Source: Spirochaetia bacterium (GTDB taxonomy: Bacteria; Spirochaetota; Spirochaetia; UBA9216). Taken from it: a DNA stretch of 64,000 nt. Shown here in pieces: positions 18,739-28,153 of the stretch. A program made the translations under genes and the position numbers. Position 1 is the stretch's first letter. Every line of letters starts with the position of its first letter. The notes beneath the pieces are model-generated. The model was given only the letters and a program-made list of their open reading frames with translations, was not told the origin of the DNA and did no database searches. Location: assembly GCA_965140585.1 (NCBI GenBank), contig OZ223264.1:320001-384000 (forward strand), in the 5' to 3' direction.

Positions 18739-19876
18739 CCGAAAAAACCCTGCAACCGAGAGATTCCTTAAAAGTATCGGATTCCCGGCAGTTAATGTTC
18801 ACACCATGAACAATCATCATGATTTTACAAGACCTTCAAGACGGATTCTTGTAATCGGACCGATGGGTTCGGGCAAGACCGAGTTCTCATCAAGGGTCTG
18901 GCGTGATTCAAAGATTGCCCTTAAAAAGTCTGAAGAGGTTGCCGACCTTACAACAACAGCCGACTCGGACCGCCGCAGGGTTTTCTTTATCCGTTCGGCA
19001 CTGGACGGCGGTCGCTTCCCGGAATATCCGGAAGATGCACTTGCCTACCGCGGCGGCTATGAACGTCTTGGCGGAAACATTGCAAAGATAAGCAATTCTT
19101 TCGAACTTGAAGAGATGATTGAAAAACATCTTAACCACGGAACCTGGATAATTGATGAAGCCTCGTTCTATGATGAAAGAATTGCGTATCTTGTAAGCAG
19201 GTATTCCGAGCATTACGGAATGAACTTTATCTTTCCGACACTTATTCTTAACTTCCGCCGTGACATATTTAATGCAACAGCAAGGTTTCTGCTTGAAACC
19301 GCAACCGACGTTTTTACTCTCACAGCCTATTGCGAACATGAAGACTGCATAATTGATTCATTTTATACATACAGATACTACAAAATAGACGGAAAGGAAT
19401 GTCCGGCTTTGTATTTTGATCCGCTCATCGTAATTGGCGGCGATACCGAGAAAGAGAATCCTCTTGAGCCCAACTACTGCACCCGCTGTGATGAGCATCA
19501 TTACCTGCCGGGCAAGGACTACACTTTTCTGATTTTAAAGCCGCTTGGTGAGGAAGCCTCTCGCGGGAACATCGATCCGCTTAAGCAGGAACTGTTCTCT
19601 ATCAAAAATGAACTTGAGCGCTCACAGCTTTATAATATTCTCAAAGAAAACTACCTTGATGCTGAGCCTGCCAACCCGATTTGTATGAACAGCCTGAAGG
19701 TTCCCTGTATTGCAGAAAAGGCTCTTCTTTACCTTTTTTCCGAAGAGAATCTGATCACCGAAGATCAGATGAAGCGGCTTACCGATGAGCTTGAGCTTGA
19801 TGCAGCCTACATGTCCAAGACCCTTGCAGACAACCGCCGGCCGGTAAATTTCGAGCAGCTGGAACTTTTCAGCTGA
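18728..19876 (+). CDS. tdk: Thymidine kinase, long form
   Basis: GPMGSGKT P-loop, IIDEASF, LNFRRDIF, Zn ligands YCEHEDC / CTRCDEHH; about 120-aa C-terminal extension. Confidence 0.82.
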   Translation: MADNRKNPATERFLKSIGFPAVNVHTMNNHHDFTRPSRRILVIGPMGSGKTEFSSRVWRDSKIALKKSEEVADLTTTADSDRRRVFFIRSALDGGRFPEYPEDALAYRGGYERLGGNIAKISNSFELEEMIEKHLNHGTWIIDEASFYDERIAYLVSRYSEHYGMNFIFPTLILNFRRDIFNATARFLLETATDVFTLTAYCEHEDCIIDSFYTYRYYKIDGKECPALYFDPLIVIGGDTEKENPLEPNYCTRCDEHHYLPGKDYTFLILKPLGEEASRGNIDPLKQELFSIKNELERSQLYNILKENYLDAEPANPICMNSLKVPCIAEKALLYLFSEENLITEDQMKRLTDELELDAAYMSKTLADNRRPVNFEQLELFS

Positions 19877-19926
19877 TCACAAAATACAGCATACAGATTT
19901 GAGCTTAAACAGGCTATAATACTCAC

Positions 19927-20832
19927 ATGATCATACTCGACAGGATTCCTGTTTTCATTGCAGTGGCTGAAGAACTCAGTTTTTCCAGAGCCGCCGACAG
20001 ACTGGGCAGAACACAGTCGGCGGTAAGCCAGTCTGTTGCTCAGCTTGAAGATGAGCTTGGAACCCTTCTGTTTCTGCGCGACGGAAGAAGCATCCGGCTG
20101 ACCAAGCCGGGGCGGCTTTTTTACGAACAGTCGATTCTCTCTGTAAATCATATGAACAGGGCCCTGAAGGAGCTTCGTGCCTGGGAAAGCCTTGAATCCG
20201 GCTCGCTTGTAATAGGCAGCAGCCATATAACCGCCGCCTACTTTCTGCCGCCGATACTCAATGAATTCCATAATAATTATCCGGGCGTGGCACTGACTGT
20301 CCGGACTGTATTTTCAGATGGTGCCTCCAAAGTACTGCTTAAGGGAGATATCGATCTTGCAGTTGGAATACTTCCAAAAACCGAAATCTCCGGAGTAGAG
20401 AAAATAAAGCTGCAGGCGCGCCGGGATATGATTGTTTCAAAAGAAGATATATTCAACTCTGCAGCGGATGGCAGCGGCCGATCACTGGAGGAGCTTCTAA
20501 GCGGACGGAGTTTTATAATTGCAGCACCGGGAATGCAGAGCCGGATAAAGACAGATGAACTTTTTGCATCATTTAAACATCCGCCGAACGTTGTCCTGGA
20601 AGCGGACCAAGTGGAAATCATGAAAAAAATGATTTTATCCGGTGCCGGAGCAGGGCTGCTGCCTGAAAATGCTGTGGCAGATGAACTTGAGAAACAAAGT
20701 TTATATGGGATACCTTACATACCGGCCTGTGAGCCGGATTTGATTGGAGTGCTCTGCTTGCCGGAGCAATATCGTTTTCCAGCTGTCAGGGTTTTTATAG
20801 AATTGATAAAAGAGCTTTGCCCAGCATCCTGA
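19927..20832 (+). CDS. LysR-family regulator
   Basis: SFSRAADRLGRTQSAVSQSVAQLEDELG HTH plus LysR substrate domain. Confidence 0.93.
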   Translation: MIILDRIPVFIAVAEELSFSRAADRLGRTQSAVSQSVAQLEDELGTLLFLRDGRSIRLTKPGRLFYEQSILSVNHMNRALKELRAWESLESGSLVIGSSHITAAYFLPPILNEFHNNYPGVALTVRTVFSDGASKVLLKGDIDLAVGILPKTEISGVEKIKLQARRDMIVSKEDIFNSAADGSGRSLEELLSGRSFIIAAPGMQSRIKTDELFASFKHPPNVVLEADQVEIMKKMILSGAGAGLLPENAVADELEKQSLYGIPYIPACEPDLIGVLCLPEQYRFPAVRVFIELIKELCPAS

Positions 20833-21520
20833 GTGCCAGGATTGTGATTATGACTTTGATAATCAGCATGAATGTTTTTTCCGGCAGCCTGCCAAGAAGT
20901 TTCTGTCCAAGCCAGTTTCCGGAGACTATAACCGGCAGAAACAGGAGGGCTGATTTCAGCATGCTCAGACTTACCTGCCCAAGTGTAATGAAAACTCCAA
21001 TCTTGAAGGTGTGAGTGAAAATCTGGCAGGCTGACTTTGTTGCTACCAGCTTCTCTCTTGTATATGGATCATGAAGGAAGAAGGGGGCAACAAGAGGTCC
21101 GGTTACTCCGAAAATGAGTGAAAAGTATCCCGCCACACCTCCTGCAATCACATAGTTTGCTTTTAACTTTCTTCCTGACTCCTTCCTCGTTTTTTTTCAG
21201 GTGAAAAATATAATCCCTGCAGCGAAAATTATGGACATGAAGTCAGGGGAAAGCTTAAGTAGAAAGAAGCGTCCGGTCAGAGCTCCGGCTGCAGTTCCTG
21301 CTGCAAACATTATTACCGGTTTGATACAGATGTTCCTGCGTGAAATTACAGTCCGGCTTAGGTTGCTGAAAAACTGTATAAAGCCGTGAAATGGAATAAG
21401 CGTTAACGGATCAAGCACAAGCGAGAATGTTGCAAGCGCAAGAACACCCCCACCCATACTGAATGCGCCCGACATTACGGCGCTTATAAATATTAAAGGA
21501 ACTGTCATTAATAGTGTCAT
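20795..21520 (-). pseudogene. TauE/SafE (TSUP) family exporter with one in-frame TGA
   Basis: ORFs 21197-21520 and 20795-21151 share a frame and are separated only by TGA at 21199-21197 plus 15 sense codons; SMGGG and GVTGPLVAPF motifs; 241 aa if read through. Confidence 0.82.
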
Positions 21521-21557
21521 TTTGACCTCCCTGCATGAGTTTGCAGTAAATTAAGAG

Positions 21558-21603
21558 ATTAGTAAAATTAATTATAATTATGAAATATATTAGAAATGAT
21601 TAT
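21558..21603. promoter_or_regulatory. Two LysR-type T-N11-A boxes upstream of tauE
   Basis: ATTA-GTAAAAT-TAAT (21558-21572) and ATTA-GAAATGA-TTAT (21589-21603). Confidence 0.5.
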
Positions 21604-21688
21604 GGGTTCCGGCAGTATTCAACATCTTGTATTAAGGGTATAACATCATATAATTAAAAAACAGACCACTAAATCAACAGGAAATATT

Positions 21689-23134
21689 TTGAGTTCTAAT
21701 CCATCAGATGTATTAAACCGCTTTTTCGGCTATTCAGAGTTCCGGGGAATGCAGGAAAAAATTATCTCAAGGCTTCTTGCAGGCTCCGACTCCCATTCGC
21801 TTGTGCTGATGCCTACCGGTGCGGGCAAATCACTGTGCTACCAGATTCCGGGGCTGATCTTTGAGGGCGGAACTCTTGTTGTGAGTCCGCTTATCTCACT
21901 TATGAAGGATCAGGTGGATGCTCTGAAGAAGAAAGGCATCAAGGCTGATTATATAAATTCGACTGTATCATCTGCGGACAGGGAAAAGCGGCTTGAAGAT
22001 TTCGTCTACGGCGAATTGAAGTTTCTTTATATAACTCCTGAGCGTTTTACCAAGCATGATTTCATGTTTGCAGTTAAAAGGGCAAGAATTTCATTATTTG
22101 CTGTAGATGAGGCACACTGTATTTCTCAGTGGGGGCATGATTTCAGACCCGATTACAGCCGGCTGGGTGAGGTGAGGGCTGAGCTTGGTAACCCGCTTAC
22201 CATAGCGCTTACAGCAACTGCAACACCGCCGGTACAGCAGGATATTATAAGTTCACTTGGTTTCTCATCCTCTGAAATGAAAATATTTCATCAGGGAATA
22301 AGGCGGCCCAATTTGAGGCTTGAAGCCCGGGAGTGCTTCTCTGACGGTGAAAAGCTTAAGAATATAACATCTGTCTACAAGACCGTTAAAGGCAGCGGGA
22401 TTGTTTATTTTGCGCTTATAAAAACGCTTGAGAGCTTTTCAGAAATGCTTCATACAGCCGGGATTCCCCATGTTGTCTACCATGGAAAGCTTGCACCCAA
22501 ACAACGCAAAAAAGTTCAGAACCATTTTATGACGTCTAATTCTCTGGTTCTTGCAACCAATGCATTCGGTATGGGAATTGATAAACCCGACCTGCGTTAT
22601 GTCATTCATGCGGAAATTCCGGGGAGTATGGAATCGTACTATCAGGAAATCGGTCGGGCCGGGCGGGATGGAAAGAATGCCCTGTGCAGGATGCTCTATT
22701 CTCAGGATGATTTAAGTATTCATATGGATTTTATTAAATGGTCCAACCCCGACCCGGACTTTCTGAAAAAAATGCATGGTGTACTTAAATCCAAAGAGCA
22801 GCAGATTCAGTCACTGGGGCGGGAGTTTCTTGAGAACGAACTGTTTTATAAAAACCGTTTTGACTTCCGTCTCGACACCGGCTTAAGCCTCTTTGCCCGG
22901 TACGGGGTAACCGAAGGCAGTCTTGAACAGAAAACCCTAAAGGTTATAAGTGATAATTTGCCTGAAGAAATTACCGGTAAAGAACAGCATGAGCAGAAAC
23001 TGCTTAGTGATCAGAAAAAGCTGCTTGGAATAGTTCAGTATTTCAGAAGCGAAGCCTGCAGGCGGCAGGCAATTGAATCATATTTCGGCTTCGATGACGA
23101 GCAACCCTGCGGCAACTGTGATGTCTGTAGATAA
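21689..23134 (+). CDS. recQ: RecQ-family helicase, short form lacking winged-helix/HRDC tail
   Basis: MPTGAGKSLCYQ, VDEAHCISQWGHDFRP, TATA, YYQEIGRAGRDG; ends at CRR...CGNCDVC. Confidence 0.9.
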   Translation: MSSNPSDVLNRFFGYSEFRGMQEKIISRLLAGSDSHSLVLMPTGAGKSLCYQIPGLIFEGGTLVVSPLISLMKDQVDALKKKGIKADYINSTVSSADREKRLEDFVYGELKFLYITPERFTKHDFMFAVKRARISLFAVDEAHCISQWGHDFRPDYSRLGEVRAELGNPLTIALTATATPPVQQDIISSLGFSSSEMKIFHQGIRRPNLRLEARECFSDGEKLKNITSVYKTVKGSGIVYFALIKTLESFSEMLHTAGIPHVVYHGKLAPKQRKKVQNHFMTSNSLVLATNAFGMGIDKPDLRYVIHAEIPGSMESYYQEIGRAGRDGKNALCRMLYSQDDLSIHMDFIKWSNPDPDFLKKMHGVLKSKEQQIQSLGREFLENELFYKNRFDFRLDTGLSLFARYGVTEGSLEQKTLKVISDNLPEEITGKEQHEQKLLSDQKKLLGIVQYFRSEACRRQAIESYFGFDDEQPCGNCDVCR

Positions 23135-23197
23135 AAAAATGCCGGAAAAATGCATATTATGTGCTAATCTGTATGATATACAACGAGGTACTCCGGA

Positions 23198-25561
23198 TTG
23201 CCTGATACAGAAGAAAACAAACGCAGACCCAGGATTTTCAATCATAAACTATCTCCGCTGATTTTTCTCTCCTTCTCTTTATTCATAATTTTTCTCATGG
23301 TTTTCTTTGTTATCACTACACTGAACAGAACAATCAATACAAACCTGCATAGAGGTCTTGATGTTGTCTTCTCAAGATTTGAAGAACGTGAACGTCATAA
23401 GGCAAAGGACTCGATAGATCAGTTTATAATGGGTATCGAATATGCCGTTAAGACATCCCCTCTGCCTCCTGATAGGCTGAAGATGGAAATCTTCGATATG
23501 ATTGCCTTTGGAACTGTAGGGCTGAATTCGGCTAACGGATATTTTGTTTTTGATGAAAACGATATTTGTATCATAAGTCTTGATTATCCCTGGATAGTGG
23601 GCCGGAGTCTGCAGGAATTCAGTGATATTCTGAATATTGATTTCCGGCCGCACGTAGCTGATTTACGTAAAGGTGGTGAGCCGGTTTTTTTTCAGTATGT
23701 GATTCCTGTCAACGATGAGGATGCAGAACATAGAATTAAGACCTCATATATGGCTTTCATTAAGGAATACAACTGGATCCTTGGCGCCGGGTTCTATACC
23801 GATGGGGCAGACACGGATCTTGAGGCTCAGCGTGATATGTGGCTCAGCCTGGGCCAGGAGATCAAAAGAGGTGTTCTTATAAGGCTGCTGGTACTCTCTA
23901 CCGCATTGTTCTTACTTATTGTAGTTATCGTATTTCTGCTCTTCAGGTCTGATGTCAGTCGAAAAAACATAGAGAAGCGCCATAAACTTTTTGAAAAAGC
24001 GCTTGAAGAAAATCTTTGCGTTATGCATCTGGATCCGAATGGACTGATAACAGAAGTCAATGACAAGTATCTTAAGCTTTCCGGTCACAGCAGGGAAGAA
24101 TTGATTGGGAAGGCTTTTTATATTGATTACGATTCGGATCAGATTCAGTTTGTTAAGGCAAAAATTAAAAAGAAGCTTGAAAAGAGTTCAACATGGACGG
24201 CGTTGGTAAAAGGTAATACTGTTAAGGGTGAAAAATTCTGGCTTCAGGCTCAGTCGGGCGAAGTTCGTGATCTGAATGGAAATGTATTGGGACATATCGC
24301 GTTTGGTTTCGATGTGACGGAACTGCACAGACAGAAACATGCGTTGGAACGCTCTTTTATGACTGACACTTTGACAGGTTATGGAAACAGGGTACGTCTT
24401 CTCTCTGATTATAACTCCAGAACTGCTTCGTTTATTGCAATGTATAATGTTGATGGTTTTGGAAGTATTAACCTTTTCTACGGAATGAATAGAGCCGATG
24501 ATGTACTGATTCAGATATCTGCAACCCTTAGTTCTATGCTGAACCCCGAAACTGAAACCTTGTATAGAATACATTCCGACACCTTTGTTGTGATGAGCAG
24601 AAATCTGGATTCTACTCAGTTTATAAGCCAGAGCCGGGCTCGTCTTGGTGCATTAAATGACATTACTATTGAAATCAATAATGCTCAGATTCCAATATCA
24701 GTTCGATGCGGAATTACTGTATGCGGGGAGGATTCGCTTGTTATTGCCGACTCTGCTCTTGCTGCTTCAAAGAGCAGTTCAGACGGTTTTGTGGCATACA
24801 GCGAAAAAGAACTGGATGATCGTGTTGTGAAGATGGAAAATCTGGAAAGACTGAATAATATAAGGATGGCATTAAATAATTCAGAAGTCTATCTGGTTTT
24901 TCAGCCGATCCTATGTTTAAAAACCGGAGATGCTGCGAAATATGAATGTCTTTTAAGGATGAATAACCCGGATGGAACTGTTAATAATCCTGTAGCATTT
25001 ATTAATCTTGCAAAAGAGGGTCGTTTATATAAAAAGCTTACCGCTTTTGTAATTAAAAAATCATTTGAAACATTCAGCCGCAGAGATGATGAATTCTCCA
25101 TCAACCTCACACTGGAAGATTTTATGGACAGGGAAACACTTGAATTTTTGATTGAACAGGCTGACTTTTATAATATTTCGAACAGGCTGATTCTGGAGAT
25201 AGTGGAAACAGAGGAACTTAAAGACTTTGACGGACTGATTAAAATTATTTCACATCTTAAGCAGAGGGGAATCCGGATAGCCATCGATGATTTTGGCGCT
25301 GGCTTTTCCAATTTTAATTATCTGCTTAAACTGAATGCTGATTTTATCAAAATTGACGGAAGTCTTGTAAAAAATATCCTTTCCGATGAAAAGAGCCGCT
25401 CCCTTGTTATTTCAATAATTCAGTTTGCCAGAAAAACAGGGATACTTACTATTGCTGAATATATTGAGAGAGAGGAACTTCTTGAGTTTGCAAAAGCAAT
25501 CGGTATTGATTACGGTCAGGGGTATTTTATAGGTAAACCTTCCGAGCATTTTCTTAAATAG
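23198..25561 (+). CDS. Membrane Cache-PAS-GGDEF(degenerate)-EAL protein, probable c-di-GMP phosphodiesterase
   Basis: Two TMs, Cache-like YNWILGAGFY, PAS (GEKFW), DTLTG..NR with RIHSDTF instead of GGDEF; ECLLR, DDFGAGFS, KIDGSL, QGYF. Confidence 0.88.
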   Translation: MPDTEENKRRPRIFNHKLSPLIFLSFSLFIIFLMVFFVITTLNRTINTNLHRGLDVVFSRFEERERHKAKDSIDQFIMGIEYAVKTSPLPPDRLKMEIFDMIAFGTVGLNSANGYFVFDENDICIISLDYPWIVGRSLQEFSDILNIDFRPHVADLRKGGEPVFFQYVIPVNDEDAEHRIKTSYMAFIKEYNWILGAGFYTDGADTDLEAQRDMWLSLGQEIKRGVLIRLLVLSTALFLLIVVIVFLLFRSDVSRKNIEKRHKLFEKALEENLCVMHLDPNGLITEVNDKYLKLSGHSREELIGKAFYIDYDSDQIQFVKAKIKKKLEKSSTWTALVKGNTVKGEKFWLQAQSGEVRDLNGNVLGHIAFGFDVTELHRQKHALERSFMTDTLTGYGNRVRLLSDYNSRTASFIAMYNVDGFGSINLFYGMNRADDVLIQISATLSSMLNPETETLYRIHSDTFVVMSRNLDSTQFISQSRARLGALNDITIEINNAQIPISVRCGITVCGEDSLVIADSALAASKSSSDGFVAYSEKELDDRVVKMENLERLNNIRMALNNSEVYLVFQPILCLKTGDAAKYECLLRMNNPDGTVNNPVAFINLAKEGRLYKKLTAFVIKKSFETFSRRDDEFSINLTLEDFMDRETLEFLIEQADFYNISNRLILEIVETEELKDFDGLIKIISHLKQRGIRIAIDDFGAGFSNFNYLLKLNADFIKIDGSLVKNILSDEKSRSLVISIIQFARKTGILTIAEYIEREELLEFAKAIGIDYGQGYFIGKPSEHFLK

Positions 25562-25809
25562 TAGAAAACCGGATATATCTTGTGCTTCCCGGCATTAATT
25601 AATACGGGGTAGACGGAATATGATATTTCCTGTACCCTTAGGACGACAGATAATTAAATGAAGTAGGTTCCTGAAGTACCGGCTGGTTTTTATCAGATTG
25701 TTTCTAAAGCCGGGAAACTTGAGCTGAAAAATTATTTCATAGAACTGGGGCTTCTCCAGGGTCTCTTTTGAGGCAATGGAACTGATGTTGCTGTATTAAC
25801 AAAGCGAAA

Positions 25810-25885
25810 GCCTAAGCTTTTTAGCTTGGCAAAAGCACTCTAACTCTATAATCATTCGATTGTAAAGTTGGAGTGCTTTTTTTTT
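25810..25885 (+). terminator. Tandem hairpins, the second a long terminator-like stem with T9, upstream of opuA
   Basis: GCCTAAGCT-TTTT-AGCTTGGC, then AAAAGCACTCTAACTCTATAATC-ATTC-GATTGTAAAGTTGGAGTGCTTTT followed by a T run. Confidence 0.65.
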
Positions 25886-25957
25886 GACATCCCCGAATTT
25901 CTACTAACTCATAACAATCATAGTCCGGAATGCCGGATTATAAGGAGAATAAATATC

Positions 25958-27211
25958 ATGGCTTTAGTTGAGGTAAAAGATTTATATAAGATCTTTGGTT
26001 CAAATCCTAAACGTGCAATCCCGCTTATTAAAAAGGGTGTATCCAAGCAGGAAATCAAAAAGAAGACAGGGTGCACAGTCGCAATTAACAGTGCGACGTT
26101 TGAAATCAATAAAAAAGAGACTTTTGTTGTAATGGGCCTTTCCGGAAGCGGTAAGTCTACCTTTATACGCTGTCTGAATAGACTAATTAAACCGACAGCC
26201 GGTCAAATTCTGATAGACGGTGAAGATATAGTTAAGATGGATTCTGAAAAACTGAGAGAGCTTCGAAGAAGGAAGATGTCAATGGTCTTTCAGAATTTCG
26301 GTCTGCTTCCGCACCGGAATGTAGTTTCAAATGTTGAATTCGGACTCGAATTAAGCGGAGTTGATAAAGATACACGTCATAAGAAATCTATGGAAGCATT
26401 AAAGCTTGTAGGACTTGAAGGGTTTGAGTACAGTCTTCCTAGAGAGCTCTCCGGAGGAATGCAGCAGCGCGTAGGCCTGGCAAGAGCTCTGGCTAACGAT
26501 CCGGAAATACTGCTTATGGATGAGGCGTTCAGCGCTCTGGATCCTTTAATTCGTTCTCAGATGCAGGATGAACTTCTTGAGCTTCAGGCAAAGATGCATA
26601 AAACAATCATATTTATTACTCATGATCTGGATGAAGCTCTGAAGATTGGAGACCGAATTGCAATTCTCGGCCCTGATGGCAGAGTCAGGCAGATAGGAAC
26701 CCCTGAAGCTATCTTATCAAGACCGGCTGATGACTATGTACGAGAGTTCGTCAGGAATGTAGATAAAACAAAGGTTGTAACCGCGGGCACTATCAGGAAA
26801 AAAATATCATTCTTAAACTCAACAAAGGATGGACAGAAGACCGCGCTCCATTTGATGGAGAAAGAAGGAAAGTCCTTCGCTTTTCTGGTTGACGGGGACA
26901 GAATCCTTAAAGGAATGGTGCATATAGAAGATGTCGTTGAAATGAAAAAACGAGGACTTGATGATCTAGGCAGTATCGTAAGACAGGATTTTTACGCTGC
27001 ATCAGGAGATACCTCGATTTCAGATCTGATGAGTACGGCTCTTGAAACCAGATATCCGATTGCAGTCATTGATGAAGACAATAAGTTCCTTGGAATTGTT
27101 AACAGAGAGATGATTATTGCAGAAATGAATGACGGTATGGATGAAGATTCAGGTCCTGCTTTTTTCAGTGAGATTTTGGAAGATGATTCAAAAACCGTGG
27201 AAAAGGTATAA
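25958..27211 (+). CDS. opuAA: Glycine betaine/proline ABC transporter ATPase with CBS domains
   Basis: MGLSGSGKST, LSGGMQQRVGLARAL, DEAFSALDPLIR; AGGAG RBS supports the start at 25958. Confidence 0.93.
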   Translation: MALVEVKDLYKIFGSNPKRAIPLIKKGVSKQEIKKKTGCTVAINSATFEINKKETFVVMGLSGSGKSTFIRCLNRLIKPTAGQILIDGEDIVKMDSEKLRELRRRKMSMVFQNFGLLPHRNVVSNVEFGLELSGVDKDTRHKKSMEALKLVGLEGFEYSLPRELSGGMQQRVGLARALANDPEILLMDEAFSALDPLIRSQMQDELLELQAKMHKTIIFITHDLDEALKIGDRIAILGPDGRVRQIGTPEAILSRPADDYVREFVRNVDKTKVVTAGTIRKKISFLNSTKDGQKTALHLMEKEGKSFAFLVDGDRILKGMVHIEDVVEMKKRGLDDLGSIVRQDFYAASGDTSISDLMSTALETRYPIAVIDEDNKFLGIVNREMIIAEMNDGMDEDSGPAFFSEILEDDSKTVEKV

Positions 27212-27229
27212 CAGGGGAATTAAAGACTT

Positions 27230-28084
27230 ATGGACAAGATAAAAGAAATAATTGATATAGGCGCCGGTTTTGAAACAATAATCGACTGGCTTACGGAAAA
27301 AGCCGACTGGCTTTTTGATTTTATCGGAATGGTTGTAGATGGTTTTCTTGAGGGAGTTAACTATATTTTCCAGCTGCCGCCGGCTATTGTTCTTATTATA
27401 CTTTTTACACTTTTAGCCTGGAAGCTTGCAGGTCGCGGAATTGCGGTTTTTACCCTGATAGGATTCAGTCTTATTTTATACATGGGTTATTGGTCAGAAA
27501 CCATGGACACACTCTCTTTGGTCGTAGCTGCGGTTTTCTTTGCTCTGCTTGTAGGGATACCGCTTGGTATATGGGCTTCCAAATCTGATACGGCCTGGAA
27601 GGTTCTTCACCCAATCCTGGATTTTATGCAGACGCTTCCTGCTTTTGTATATCTGATTCCAGCTGTACTTCTTTTCAGACTCGGCCCTGTCCCGGGAGTA
27701 ATTGCAACATTGATATTTTCTCTGCCGCCGGTTGTCAGACTTACTAATCTTGGAATCAGACAGGTTCCGGTAGAGATTATTGAAGCCTGCAGAGCTTTTG
27801 GTGCAACCTCAAAACAGAGGCTGTTCAAAGCGGAGCTGCCGGTGGCGTTGCCGACAATAATGGCCGGTGTGAATCAGACCATAATGCTTGCGCTCTCTAT
27901 GGTTGTAATATCCGGAATGATTGGAGCCGGAGGCCTTGGAAATGTGGTTCTCAAGGGGATAACACAGCTAAGAATTGATATGGGTTTTGAAGGCGGTATC
28001 TCAATCGTAATACTCGCTATCTTTCTGGACAGAGTCACTCAGGCTCTAAGCAATATTGGAACTAGCGGAAACGGAAATAAATAA
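27230..28084 (+). CDS. opuAB: Glycine betaine ABC permease
   Basis: LDFMQTLPAFVYLIP, RLTNLGIRQV, AGVNQTIMLALSMVV. Confidence 0.93.
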   Translation: MDKIKEIIDIGAGFETIIDWLTEKADWLFDFIGMVVDGFLEGVNYIFQLPPAIVLIILFTLLAWKLAGRGIAVFTLIGFSLILYMGYWSETMDTLSLVVAAVFFALLVGIPLGIWASKSDTAWKVLHPILDFMQTLPAFVYLIPAVLLFRLGPVPGVIATLIFSLPPVVRLTNLGIRQVPVEIIEACRAFGATSKQRLFKAELPVALPTIMAGVNQTIMLALSMVVISGMIGAGGLGNVVLKGITQLRIDMGFEGGISIVILAIFLDRVTQALSNIGTSGNGNK

Positions 28085-28153
28085 CCCGTTCCGATAATTT
28101 AAAATTATTAGTATCCCGGTAACGGGATAAAAACTTTTACGGAGGAATTTTAC

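Noticed and set aside
25665-25771. Short open frame VPEVPAGFYQIVSKAGKLELKNYFIELGLLQGLF in the opuA upstream region
   Set aside because: No start codon or RBS and no family recognised; could be a gene remnant but is unsupported.
25833-25878. CIRCE-like arms AGCACTC/GAGTGCT
   Set aside because: The spacer is 30 nt rather than 9 and the outer TT/AA bases are absent; better explained as a hairpin.
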